NCBI GenBank assembly: GCA_035221665.1
Contig: CM069140.1
Coordinates: forward strand, 54,870,001-54,934,000
Direction: 5' to 3'
DNA from: Okamejei kenojei
Taxonomy: Eukaryota
Length of the DNA: 64,000 nt
The position numbers and the translations under genes were made by a program. This document shows, piece by piece, positions 1 to 12,221 of this stretch. The notes below the pieces were generated by a model, which searched no databases, was not told the DNA's origin, and saw only the letters and a list, made by a program, of their open reading frames with translations. Numbering within the stretch: the stretch's first letter is position 1; each line of letters begins with the position of its first letter.

Positions 1-125
1 TGAGGGAGAGTTCTAGTGACCTCATAGGACCTCCTAGGATCACGTATTGACCATGCTGCGAGTTTGAATCGAGGGCAAGTTCTTCTAAACTCGCAGATTA
101 GGTCACCGCAGTGGGACAGCCCCTT
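1..125. mobile_element. Right end of a putative non-autonomous DNA transposon (PIF/Harbinger-like MITE), cut by the window edge
   Basis: Ends ...GCAGTGGGACAGCCCCT followed by TTA, like a TIR end with a TWA target. The other TIR is outside the window, so the call is by resemblance only. Confidence 0.35.
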
Positions 126-336
126 TACCCTTCAGATTCCTATTAATTTTTTCCCCCTTCACCTTAAACCTATGGCTTCTGGTTCTCTGTGCGTCTACCC
201 GATCTATTCCTCTGATGATTTCATACACCTATAAGATCACCTCTCATCCTCCTGCGCTCCAAGGAATAGAGTCCCAGCCTGCTCAACCTCTCCCTGTAGC
301 TCAGACCCTGGAGTCCTGGCAACATGCTCATAAATC
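126..336 (-). mobile_element. CR1 LINE ORF2 3' fragment
   Basis: Reverse complement resembles the C-terminal RT region of the CR1 copies elsewhere in the window (LSYRERLSRLGLYSLERRRMRGDL). Confidence 0.75.
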
Positions 337-337
337 T

Positions 338-955
338 TCACTGTTTAAGAAGGAACTGCAGATACAGGAAAATCAAAGGTAGATAAAAGTGCTGGAGAAA
401 CTCAGCGTCTACGGAGCTGACGGAGTTGGGAGTAAGGGAGCCAGAGTTGATGAAGTCAGTGATGATGCTAGAGATAGTGGCCTGGTGCTCGTCTGTGGGG
501 TCATGGTCCAAGGATAAGTAGGAGGAGGTGTCTGAGAGTTGGCGGGTGGCCTCAGCATTGTAGAGATCAGCATGCCAGACTACCACGGCATCTCCCTTGT
601 CGGCGGGTTTGATAACCCAATCTGGGTTGTTGCGGAGTGAGTGGATGGCAGTACTTTCAGGGGGGGAGAGATTAGAGTGAGACAGGGGAGTGGACAAGTT
701 GAGGCGGTTGATGTCCCGCCGGCAGTTTAAAATAAAAAGGTCTAAAACCGGAAGATGGCTATGAGGGGATGTCAAAGAGGAGGGGGTCCGTTGGAGACGG
801 GAAAAGGGATCACCAATGGGGGGCGAGGACTCCTTCCCATGGAAGAACGCTGTGAGGCGGAGGTGACGGGAGAAGAGTTCCAAATCGTGGCGGGCGCGGA
901 ACTCATTGAGGTGGGGACGGAGGGGGACAAAGGTGAGGCCTCTGCTGAGGACAGA
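338..955 (-). mobile_element. Penelope-like element remnant: N-terminal RT region joined to the terminal-repeat (pLTR) 3' end
   Basis: ORF 338..1027(-) contains LSRGLTFVP, NLSPPE and VIKPADKGDAVVVW (Penelope DKG motif). 340-410 matches the GCTGAGTTWCTCCAGCAC...CTGCAGTTCCTTC tail of the mini-elements. Confidence 0.85.
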
Positions 956-1730
956 CTGTAAATCTTCTCTGTACCCTTTCCAACATGACAACAGCAGGGT
1001 TACACTGAAACTAATTAAACCTTTCAACTTATCAAAGCTTACTTATACAGCAGGACTGTATCTGACAGTTGGACTGCAATGGAAAGGGTGTCCAACAACC
1101 CTTGTAATAGAAATATATGGTTTTAATTATTGAAAAGAACTTAAGGTTCTTGTGAAGCCAGAAAAATTTAAAACACTCATACAAGCAAATTAATATTTTT
1201 GATATGAAGTGTACACTAAAGGAAGGTTCGTGCAACATCTTTGAAGCTTTTTAATGAGCCTTTGCATTGTCTAGTATTTGCTTTATCAATGTAGGGTTTT
1301 CCCTGCATTTCCGTAGATAATTGTGAATTGATTGTGTACATATAGTGTACAAAGCACCGTGGTTAGAAGCTGATTGTATATATTAATTATTTGCACAATT
1401 TGTTGACTAGAAGTTTCCTTCTTCATGTATTTTAAAATGTTGCAATAATTTTTTTTTTTAATTAGTTTTGGCCTGGCTACAAATAGCTTTGATCCATATC
1501 TCTATGTTATAAACTAACTTCTCAGAATACAATTATCTAAAATATGTATCTTACAGACAAAGAACAGAAATGAAATACTGCCTGGAAAGTACAGAAATCC
1601 TTACAGTTCTCACAGATAATGCGAGATAATGCAGGCTTGTTCATGAGTAATACAACCTGCTGATAATCTGAGCCATCTGTTTAATGTTTACATTTTTGTT
1701 GTGTCACATGTTCAATCTAGGATTCAGGTT

Positions 1731-2036
1731 AGAAACAGAAACATAGAAAATAGTTGCAGGAGTAGGCCATTCGGCCCATCAAGCCAACGGGTTGATGGCC
1801 GAACGGTTGATGGGCCAACATTCAATATGATCATGGCTGATCATCCAAAATCAGTACCCCGTTCCTGCTTGCTCCCCCATATCCATTGATTCCGTCAGCC
1901 GTTCAAGCTGTATGTATCTCGCTCTTGAAAACATCCAGTGAATTGGCCTCCACTGCCTTTTGTGGAAGAGAATTCCACAGATTCACAACTCTCTGGGTGA
2001 AAAGAGAATTCCACAGATTCACAACTCTCTGGGTGA
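1731..2036 (-). mobile_element. CR1 LINE 3' end fragment with small internal duplications
   Basis: Minus-strand tail (TTTCTATG-like), 3'UTR hairpin GGCCGAATGGCCTACTCC and FTQRVVNLWNSL encoded twice (1967-2036). Confidence 0.85.
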
Positions 2037-4920
2037 GGTGGAGGATAAATGCGTGGCTGAGGGACTGGTGCAGTGGACAGGGATTCAAGTTTCTTGATCA
2101 CTGGGACCTCTTTTGGGGAAGGCATGATCTGTACACAAAGGACGGGTTGCACTTGAACCCGAGGGGGACCAATATCCTGGCAGGGAGATTTGCAAAGGCT
2201 ACTGGGGAGACTTTAAACTAGAAAGGCTGGGGGGAGGGACTCGGGTAGAGGGGGCTAGGGGTCAGGCAAGAGGCAGAGAAGGGAAGCACTCGGACCCAAA
2301 ATGTAGGCGAGAAAGATGAAAAAGATAATAGACAGAGAATAAGGGACGGTGGGTTTCTAAAATGTGTATATTTTAATGCTAGGAGCATTGTAAGTAAGGT
2401 GGATGAACTTAGAGCCTGGATTGGCACCTGGAAATATGATGTTGTGGCAATCAGTGAAACATGGTTGCAGGAGGGCTGTGATTGGAAACTAAATATTCCA
2501 GGATTTCGTTGCTTCAGGTGTGATAGAATTGGAGGGACCAGAGGGGAAGGTGTTGCATTGCTTGTCAGAGAAGATATTACAGCAGTGCTTTGGCAGGATA
2601 GATTAGAGGACTCGTCTAGGGAGGCTATTTGGGTGGAACTGAGAAGTGGGAACGGTGTAGCAACACTTTTAGGGGTGTATTATAGACCGCCAAATGGGGA
2701 GCGAGAATTGGAAGAGCAAATATGTAAGGAGATAGCAGATATTACTAGTAAGCACAAGGTAGTGATTGTGGGAGATTTCAATTTTCCAAAAATAGACTGG
2801 GAAACACATTCTGTAAATGGGCTGGATGGTTTGGAGTTTGTAAAATGTGTGCAGGATAGTTTTTTGCAGCAGAACATAGAGGTATCGACCAGAGAAGGGG
2901 CAGTGCTGGACCTCCTGTTAGGAAATGAGGCAGGTCAGGTGACGGAGGTATGTGTTGGTGAGCACTTCGGAACCAGTGATCACAATACCATTAGTTTCAA
3001 TATAATGTAAAAAGAATCTTAAGAAAGAAATTAGGAAGGCTAAAAGAAGATATGAGGTTGCTTTGGCAAGAAAGGTGAAAGTAAATCCAAAGGGTTTCTA
3101 AAGCTATATTAATAGCAAAAGGATAACGAGGGATAAAATTGGACCATTAGAGAACCAGAATGGACAGCTATCTGCAGAGCCAAAAGAGATGGGGGAGATA
3201 TTGAACAATTTATTTTCTTCGGTATTCACCAAGGAGAAGGATATTGAACTCTGTGAGGTAAGGGAAAAAAGTAGAGTAGCTATGGAAACTATGAGATTCA
3301 AAGAGGAGGAAGTACTGACACTTTTGAAAAATATAAAGGTGGATAAGTCTCCAGGTCCTGACAGGATATTCCCTAGGACATTGAGGGAAGTTAGTGTAGA
3401 AATAGCAGGAGCTATGACAGAAATATTTCAAATGTCATTAGAAACGGGAATAGTGCCGGAGGATTGGCGTACTGCGCATGTTGTTCCATTGTTTAAAAAG
3501 GGTTCAAAGAATAAACCTAGCAATTATAGACCTATTAGTTTGACGTCAGTGGTGGGCAAATTAATGGAAAGGATACTTAGAGATAATATATATAAGCATC
3601 TGGATAAACAGGGTCTGATCAGGAACAGTCAACATGGATTTGTGCCTGGAAGGTCATGTTTGACAAACCTTCTTGAATTTTTTGAAGCGGTAACTAGGGA
3701 TATTGATGAGGGTAAAGCAGTGGATGTTGTCTATATGGATTTCAGTAAGGCCTTTGACAAGGTTCCCCATGGAAGGTTGGTTCAGAAGGTTCAATCTTTG
3801 GGTGTTAATGGCGGAGTAGCAAGATGGATTCAACAGTGGCTGAATGGGAGATGTCAGAGAGTAATGGTGGATGGCTGTTTGTCAGGTTGGAAGCCGGTGA
3901 CCAGTGGGGTGCCTCAGGGATCTGTGTTGGGTCCACTGTTGTTTGTCATGTACATCAATGATCTGGATGATGGGGTGGAAAATTGGATAAGTAAGTATGC
4001 AGATGATACTAAGATAGGTGGTATTGTGTATAATGAAGTATATTCTCAAAGTCTACAGAGAGATTTGGGCCATTTGGAAAAGTGGGCTGAAAGATGGCAG
4101 ATGGAGTTTAATGCTGATAAGTGTGAAGTGCTACATCTTGGCAGGACAAATCAAAATAGGACGTACATGGTAAATGGTAGGGAATTGAGGAATGCTGTGG
4201 AACAGAGGGATCTAGGAATAACTGTGCATAGTTCCCTGAAGGTGGAATCGCATGTAGATAGGGTGGTAAAGAAAGCCTTTGGTGTGCTGGCCTTTATAAA
4301 TCAGAGCATTGAATATAGGAGTAGGGAAGTAATGTTAAAATTGTACAAGGCATTGGTAAGATCAATTCTGGAGTATGGTGTACAATTTTGGTCGCCTTAT
4401 TATAGGAAGGATGTCAACAAAATAGAGAGAGTACAGAGGAGATTTATTAGAATGTTGCCAGGGTTCCAGCAACTATGTTACACAGAAAGGTTGAACAAGT
4501 TAGGTCTTTATTCTTTGAAGCGCAGAAGGTTAAGGGGGGACTTGATTGAGGTCTTTAAAATGATGAAAGGGATAGACAGAGTTGACGTGGATACGTTTTT
4601 CCCATTGAGGGTAGGGAAGATTCAAACAAGAGGGCATGACATGAGAATTAAGGGACAGAGGTTTAGGGGTAACGTGAGGGGGAACCTCTTTACTCAGAGG
4701 GTGGTGGCTGTGTGGAATGAGCTTCCAGCAGAAGTGGTTGAGGCAGGATCGATTTTAACATTTAAAAGTAAAGTGGATAGGTATATGGACGTGAAGGGAA
4801 TGGAGGGGTATGGGCTGAGTGCAGGTAGATGGGACTAGGGGAAAACAAATGGTTGGCACGGACTGGAAGGGCCGAGAGGGCCTGTTTCCGTGCTGTAATT
4901 GTTATATGGTTATATGGTTT
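2037..4920 (+). mobile_element. CR1 LINE copy A, 5'-truncated: end of ORF1 (SGNH esterase), APE endonuclease, internal deletion, RT, 3'UTR and tail
   Basis: ORF1 end DGLHLN (..2221); APE motifs YFNARSI, ISETWL, GDFNF, SDH (2350-3010); RT 3189..4838 with GVPQGSVLGP and YADD; tail GTTATATGGTTATATGGTT at 4901-4919. Confidence 0.95.
3189..4838 (+). CDS. CR1 ORF2 reverse transcriptase domain, uninterrupted 549-aa frame (remnant of a broken ORF2)
   Basis: KSPGPD, YRPISLTS, QHGF, DFSKAFDKV, PQGSVLGP and YADD motifs in one frame. Disconnected from the endonuclease by stops and a deletion near 3008. Confidence 0.85.
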   Translation: MGEILNNLFSSVFTKEKDIELCEVREKSRVAMETMRFKEEEVLTLLKNIKVDKSPGPDRIFPRTLREVSVEIAGAMTEIFQMSLETGIVPEDWRTAHVVPLFKKGSKNKPSNYRPISLTSVVGKLMERILRDNIYKHLDKQGLIRNSQHGFVPGRSCLTNLLEFFEAVTRDIDEGKAVDVVYMDFSKAFDKVPHGRLVQKVQSLGVNGGVARWIQQWLNGRCQRVMVDGCLSGWKPVTSGVPQGSVLGPLLFVMYINDLDDGVENWISKYADDTKIGGIVYNEVYSQSLQRDLGHLEKWAERWQMEFNADKCEVLHLGRTNQNRTYMVNGRELRNAVEQRDLGITVHSSLKVESHVDRVVKKAFGVLAFINQSIEYRSREVMLKLYKALVRSILEYGVQFWSPYYRKDVNKIERVQRRFIRMLPGFQQLCYTERLNKLGLYSLKRRRLRGDLIEVFKMMKGIDRVDVDTFFPLRVGKIQTRGHDMRIKGQRFRGNVRGNLFTQRVVAVWNELPAEVVEAGSILTFKSKVDRYMDVKGMEGYGLSAGRWD

Positions 4921-5234
4921 CTAAACCAGAGTCAATGACATTCTAATCTTCCATCTTTCTCCCTCAAGAGAAGGGGGGTGGAGGAGATAATGGCAGGGAA
5001 TGGTTATGATCGTGAGACTGAAACATTGGCAAATTGCTTCAGTGTGTTGTACAGATGGGGCACAGTATGTTGGAGTTTTGGAGAAGGTAGCTTAAAGGTG
5101 ATTGCTAACAAACATTCTTCTGGGCAATGTCCAACATTTTGAGTGTATGTAAATGCCTTCAATTATCCAATCATGTAGAAGGTTTTTCTTCCCATCATGG
5201 GATGCGGATATGATTAGCAAGATCATAATTTATA

Positions 5235-6267
5235 TTTAGCCAGAAAAAGCAGCCTACCAGAGGACTGGAAGAAATTTAGAGTCCAGCAGAGGAGGACACA
5301 GGGCTTAATTAGGAAAGGGAAAATAGATTATGAAAGAAAACTGGCAGGGAACATAAAAATTGACTGCAAATGTTTCTATAGATATGTGAAGAGAAAGAGA
5401 TTAGTTAAAACAAATGTAGGTCCCTTGCAGTCAGAAACAGGTGAATTGATCACGGAGAACAAGGACATGGCAGACCAATTGAATACCTATTTGGTTCTGT
5501 CTTCACTAAGGAAGACATAAATAATCTGCCGGAAATAGCAGGGGACCAGGGGTCAAATAAGGTGAAGAAACTGAGTGAAATCCAGGTTAGCCGGGAAATG
5601 GTGTTGGGTAAATTGAATGGATTAAAGGCCGATAAATCCCCAGGGCCAGATAGTCTGCATCCCAGAGTACTCAAGGAAGTAGCCACAGAAATAGTGGATG
5701 CATTAGTGATAATTTTTCAAAACTCCTTAGATTCTGGAGTAGTTCCTGAGGATTGGAGGGTAGCTAATGTAACCCCACTTTTTAAAAAAGGACGGAGAGA
5801 GAAAACGGGGAATTACAGACCAGTTAGTCTAACATCGGTAGTGGGGAAACTGCTAGAGTCAGTTATTAAAGATGAAATAGCTGTACATTTGGAAAGTGGT
5901 GAAATCATTGGACAAAGTCAGCATGGATTTACGAAAAGGTAAATCATGTCTGACGAATCTTATATAATTTTTCGAGGATGTAACTAGTAGAGTGGATAAG
6001 GGGGAACCAGTGGATGTGTTATATCTAGACTTTCAGAAGGCTTTCGACAAGGTCCCACATAAGAGATTTGTAAACAAACTTAAAGCACACGGTATTGGGG
6101 GTTCAGCATTGATGTGGATAGAGAACTGGCTGGCAGACAGAAAGCAAAGGGTAGGAGTAAACGGGTCCTTTTCAGAATGGCAGGCAGTGACTAGTGGGGT
6201 ACTGCAAGGCTCAGTGCTGGGACCGCAGCTATTTACAATATATATTAATTATTTGGACGAGGGAATT
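5235..6267 (+). mobile_element. CR1 LINE copy B, 5' part (RT), interrupted by copy C
   Basis: ORFs 5562..5942 and 5992..6285 carry RT motifs up to YINYLDEGI, then the sequence switches abruptly. Confidence 0.9.
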
Positions 6268-9200
6268 AAGACGTTAAAACACTGAGTGGCGGACTGGCTT
6301 GTGAAGCAAAAAGGGCTGTTGAGCCAAAACCAAAGAGGCCAACATCGGGCAACGCCATTGTAGTTGGAGACTCCATTGTGAGAGGTACAGACAGGGGTTT
6401 CTGCGGCAACAGACAGGATTCGAGGATGGTGTGCTGCCTTCCTGGTGCCAGGATCCAGGATGTCACGGACAGAGTGCAGAAAATCCTCAAGGGCGAAGGT
6501 GAACAGCCGGAAGTGGTAGTGCATGTCAGCACAAACGATGTCGGAAAGAAGGGGATGAATATTCTGCAGCGTGACTTTAGAAAGCTCGGAAAAATGCTGA
6601 AAAGCAGGACCTCCAGGGTTGTTATCGCTGGTTTGCTTCCAGTTCCTCATGCTGGCGAGAGCAGGAACAGGGAGATACGGGACCTGAATGTGTGGCTGAG
6701 GAACTGATGCAGGGGGCAGGGATTTAGATTCTTAGATCACTGGGATCTGTTTTGGAGTAAGGGGGAACTGTACAAAAGGGACAGATTGCATCTTCTGGTG
6801 GGGGACCAGTTTTCTGGCAGGCAGGTTTGCCACTGCTACACGGGTGGTTTTAAACTGAATAAGGGGGGTGGGGTATCAAATGGGATAGTCGACGATGGAG
6901 TTAAAGGAAAGAGAGTAAAGGGATGGTTAATGACCCCAGAATTAACGGGAAAGGAAGCTCACAAAGGGATAGGAGAGTATGGCCAAGTGTAATAGTGATC
7001 GATGTGAAAGGTGAGATGCGTAAGGAATTAAAAGTATTGTATATAAATGCGCGAAGTATAAGAAGTAAAGTAGATGAGCTTGAGGCTCAGTTAGCGGTTG
7101 GTAGATATGACATTGTGGGGATTACTGAGACGTGGCTGCAGGAGGATCAGGCCTGGGAACTTAATATTCAGGGTTATACATCCTATAGAAAGGACAGGCA
7201 GGTGGGCAGAGGAGGAGGGGTAGCTCTGCTGATGAGGGATGGAATTCAGTCCCTTACGAGGGAAGACATACAGACTGATGAGGTAGAGTCACTGTGGATT
7301 GAGTTGAGGAATTGTAAAGGCAAGAAGACACTAATTGGTGTTATTTACAGATCCCCAAATAGTAGCCCGGATGTAGGGTGTAAGTTGCAACAGGAGGCAA
7401 CTGGCATGTAACAAAGGTAATGCTACTGTGGTGATGGGGGATTTCAATATGCAGGTAGACTGGGAAAATCAGGTTGGTTCAGGACCCCAAGAAAGAGAGT
7501 TTGTAGAATGCCTCTGAGATGATTCTTAGAGCAGCTTGTAATGGAGCTGACCAGAGAAAAGGCAATTCTGGATTTAGTGTTGTCCAATGAACCAGATATG
7601 ATAAGAGAACTCGAGGTAAAGGAACCGCTTCGAGGTAGTGATCATAATATGATTAGTTTTAATCTGCAATTTGAGAAGGAGAACGTTAAATTGGAAGTGG
7701 CAGTGATGCAGTTGAACAAAGGGGACTATGAAGGCATGAGAGGGGAGCTGGCCAAAGTAGACTGGAAAGGGATCCTAGCAGGAATGACGGTGGAACAGCA
7801 ATGGCAGGAATTTCTGGGCATAATCTGGAAGACGGTGGATCATTTCATTCCAAAAAGGAAGAAAGATTCTAAGGGGAGTAGGAGGCAACCGTGGCTGACA
7901 GGAGAAGTTAGGGATAGAATAAAACTAAAAGAAAAGATGTATAACACAGCAAAGAGTAGCCGGAAGCCAGAGGATTGGGAAACTTTCATAGGACAACAGA
8001 AGGAAACAAAAGTGCAATATGAGCTGAAAAGATGAAGTATCGGGGGCAACTGGTCAGGAATTTAAAGAAGGACAGTAAAAGCTTCTTTAGATATGTTAAG
8101 GAAAAAAAAGTAGCAAAGTCAAATGTGGGTCCCTTGATGGCAGACACGGGTGAAATTATTATGGGCAACAAGGAAATGGCAGAAGAGTTGAAAAGGTACT
8201 TTGGATCTGTCTTCACTAAGGAGGACACAAACAATCTCCCAGATGTACTGGGGGACAGAAGATCTAAGGGGGTAGAGGAACTGAAAGAAATTGTAATTAG
8301 GCGAGAAATAGTATTGGGTAGGCTAATGGGACTGAAGGATGATAAATCCCCTGCGCCTGATGGTCTGCATCCCAGGGTCCTCAGGGAGGTGGCTCTAGAA
8401 ATAGTGGACGCATTGGTGATCATTTTCCAATGTTCAATAGATTCAGGATCAGTTCCTGTGGATTGGAGGATAGCTAATGTTATCCCACTTTTCAAGAAAG
8501 GAACGAGAGAGAAAACGGGGAATTACAGACCAGTTAGCCTGACTTCGGTGGTGGGAAAGATGCTGGAGTCAATTATTAAAGAGGTAACAACGCAGCATTT
8601 GGATAGCAGTAAAAGGATTAGTCCAAGTCAACATGGATTTATGAAAGGGAAGTCATGCTTGACTAATCTTCTGGAATTTTTTGAGGATGTGACAAGTAAA
8701 ATGGATGAAGGGGAGCCACTGGATGTAGTGTATCTAGTCTTTTAGAAAGCCTTTGATAAGGTCCCGCACGGGAGACTGGTGACTAAAATTAGAGCACATG
8801 GTATTGGGGGTAGGGTGTTGACATGGATAGAAAATTAGTTGGCAGACTGGAAGCAAAGAGTAGGAGTGAACGGGTCCTTTTCAGAATGGCAGGCAGTGGC
8901 AAGTGGAGTGCCGCAAGGCTCGGTGTTGGGGCCGCAACTGTTTACCATATATATTAATGATTTGGAAGAGGGAATTAGGAGCAACACTAGCAAGTTTGCA
9001 GATGACACAAAGCTGGGTGGCAGTGTGAACTGTGAAGAGGATGTTAGGAGGTTGCAGGGGGACTTGGACAGGTTGAGTGAGTGGGCAGATGCGTGGCAGA
9101 TGCAGTATAATATAGATAAATGTGAGGTTATCCACTTTGGTGGCAAAAACAAGGGGGCAGATTATTATCTCAATGGGGTTAGGTTAGGTAAAGGGGAGGT

Positions 9201-9932
9201 ACAGCGAGACCTGGGTGTCCTTGTACACCAGTCACTGAAAGTTGGCGTGCAGGTACAGCAGGCAGTGAAGAAAGCTAATGGAATGTTGGCCTTCATAACA
9301 AGAAGATTTCAGTACAGGAGTAAAGAGGTTCTTCTGCAGTTGTATAGGGCTCTGGTGAGACCACATCTGGAGTATTGTGTACAGTTTTGGTCTCCTAATT
9401 TGAGGAAGGACATCCTTGTGATTGAGGCAGTGCAGCGTAGGTTCAGGAGATTGATCCCTGGGATCGCGGGACTGTCATATGAGGAAAGATTGAAAAGACT
9501 AGGCTTGTATTCACTGGAGTTTAGAAGGATGAGGGGGAATCTTATAGAAATATATAAAATTATAAAAGGACTGGACAAGCTAGATGCAGGAAAAATGTTC
9601 CCAATGTTGGGTGAGTCCAGAACCAGGGGCCACAGCCTTAGAAAAAAGGGGAGGTCATTTAAGACTGAGCTGAGAAAAAAACGTTTTTACCCAGAGAGTT
9701 GTGAGTTCATGGAATTCCCTGCCACAGAGGGAAGTGGAGGCCAAATCACTGGATGGATTTAAGAGAGGGTTGGATAGACCTCTAGGGGCTAGTGGAGTCA
9801 AGGGATATGTGGAGAAGGCAGGCACGGGTTATTGATAGCGGACGATCAGCCATGATCACAATGAATGGCGGTGCTGGCTCAAAGGGCCGAATGGCCTCCT
9901 CCTGCACCTATTTTCTATGTTTCTATGTTTCT
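6268..9932 (+). mobile_element. CR1 LINE copy C (ORF1 esterase, APE, RT; stops and frameshifts) nested in copy B
   Basis: ORF1 AIVVGDSIVR...PGARIQDV; APE YINARSI, ITETWL, SDH; RT FADD in 8839..9762; tail (TTTCTATG)n to 9932; AATT duplicated at 6264-6267 and 9933-9936. Confidence 0.95.
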
Positions 9933-10887
9933 AATTGATTGCAACATCTCCAAGTTTGCAGATGACACTAAGCTGGGGGGTAGTGTTAGGTATGAGGAGG
10001 ATGCTAGGAGGCTGCAAGGTGACATGGATAGGATGGGTGAGTGGGCAATTGCATGGCAGATGCAGTATAATGTGGATAAATGTGAGGTTATCCATTTTGA
10101 TGGCAAAAACAGGAGGGTAGACCATTCAGATAATGGTGGCAGATTAGGAAAAGGGGAGAGAGATGCAACGAGGCCTGGGTGTCATGGTACACCAATCATT
10201 GAAAGTAGGCATGCAGGTGCAACAGGCAGTGAAGAAAGCAAATGGTATGTTAGCATTCATAGCGAATGGATTTGAGTATAGGAGCAAGGAGGTTTTACTG
10301 CAGTTGTACAGGGTTTTGGTGAGACCACACCTGGAGTATTGTGTACAGTTTTGGTCTCCTGATCTGAGGAAAGACATTCTTGCCATAGAGGGAGTACAGA
10401 GAAGGTTCACCAGACTGATTCCTGGGATGTCAGGATTTTCATATGAGGAAAGACTGGATAGACTTGGCTTGTACTCGCTAGAATTTAGAAGACTGAGGGG
10501 GGATTTTATAGAAACTTACAAAATTCTTAAGGGGTTGGATAGGCTAGATGCAGGAAGATTGTTGGGGAAGTCCAGAACAAGAGGTCACAGTCTTAGGATA
10601 AGGGGGAATTCCTTTACGACCGAGATGAGGAAAATATGTTTCACACAGAGAGTGGTGAGTCTCTGGAATTCTCTGCCACAGAAGATAGTTGAGGCCAGTT
10701 CCTTGGCTATATTTAAGAGGGAGTTAGATGTGGCCCTTGTGGCTAAAGGGATCGGGGGTATGGAGAGGAGGCAGGTACAGGATACTGAGTTGGATGATCA
10801 GCCATGATCATATTGAACGGCGGTGCAGGCTCGAAGGGCCGAATGGCCTACTCCTGCACCTATTTTCTATGTTTTTTATGTTTCTAT
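9933..10887 (+). mobile_element. CR1 LINE copy B, 3' part
   Basis: Resumes with IDCNISKFADDTKLGG, continuing the YINYLDEGI broken at 6267. ORF 10163..10807 is the RT C-terminus; tail at 10861-10887. Confidence 0.9.
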
Positions 10888-11559
10888 AATTTATGTTGCT
10901 GGTCCCTAAACTCCTTTGGGAAAGTTGAGGTAAACTGCTTTTCAGATTCCCTACAGCCAAGTAGCTCCTGTGGGGTTGGTGGAGAGGCAGTCCAAGGAAG
11001 AAGCCTCACCGATAAGGTAGGACGAGAGAGATATTTCAAAGTTGGTTGGCGTGTAACTTTATAGAATCTTTGAATCGTGTAGCACAGAAATCAACCCTTT
11101 TGACCCACCTCGTCCCTGCCGACTTTGATGCCAATCCACACTAATCCTGTTTCCTACATTATGCCTATTTCTCTTTAAGCCTTTTCTATCTAAGAAACTT
11201 TTCAAAAGCCTTTTAATAATTGTAAGGAGCTTGTAACTCAGAGAAATGTTATAACTTGGAGAGGGATTTGCAGATCGTGATGGTGCCTTATCCTCCCAAA
11301 TGGCACATGTCACACAATTCAGTAATGCTGCTGAAAATGTCTTGGTGTCTTGGTGAGTTTCTACAGTGCACTTTGCAAATTGTGCACATTGTCTTTAGGC
11401 TGGTGAAGATAGTAAATGTTTAAGGTGGCATTTGAAGTGCTAATCAAGCAATTGCTTCATTCCGAATAGCATTTGGCTTTTCAAAATTAGTTGAAGCAGT
11501 GTTCATCTAGGCAAGTAGAAAATATTCCATCACCCCCAACACCGATGCCTTGTAGATGT

Positions 11560-12206
11560 TGGAAGGAGTCAGGGAATTCCGGTTTGTTTATGTGGGGGGA
11601 GGGGTGGGGGGTCGGGGGAAACTTTTTATTCAGTTTCTTACCTTGCCGGAGATGCGATTATTTTCCGGATCGCATTCTCTGGTCGCTCTGCAGCCAACCA
11701 TCGATGGAGCTGGAGGCCTCCATGGACTGACCTTGAGCCCCACCGCGGGCGTGGACTTAACATCGGAGCCGATCCCTTGCCTGGGATCGCTCCAACTATT
11801 GCCTGCGGACTTTAACATCGCAAGCTCGCAGTCTTGGGAGAGGCTAATCGGGAGCTCCAATTTCGCGGAAGGTTCGACCGGCCCCGACCCGGGGATCCAA
11901 TCACTGGCGCGGGGAAGCTAACATCCCCCCAATGCAGGAGTTGATCGACCCGATACGAAGGGCCCAAACGTCGCCGGCTACTGGAGTCAAGATCGTCCCG
12001 TGTACGGAGGGCTCGACGCCTGACTGTGGGAGAGCTAAAGAAGAGATTTGAATTTCCATCACTGTGAAGAATGTGGACGAATCACTGTGGTGGATGTTTA
12101 TGTTAAAATGTGTTTTGTTGCTTTTTATTGTATGACTGACTTGGCAAATGAAATTCCTCATATGTTGCAAAACATACTTGGCTAATAACGTATTATTGTG
12201 ACTGTG
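11560..12206 (+). mobile_element. GC/CpG-rich non-coding element, probably a non-autonomous retroelement
   Basis: CpG-rich body followed by an AT-rich tail ending AAATTCCTC...GGCTAATAACGTATTATTGTGACTGTGA, similar to the Rex/Babar-type 3' ends here. No credible ORF. Confidence 0.5.
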
Positions 12207-12221
12207 AAATAAAGAGCTGAA

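Noticed and set aside
7986-8495. Antisense ORFs over CR1 ORF2 (also 5450..5686 and 8835..9152)
   Set aside because: Shadow frames of the LINE RT coding strand.
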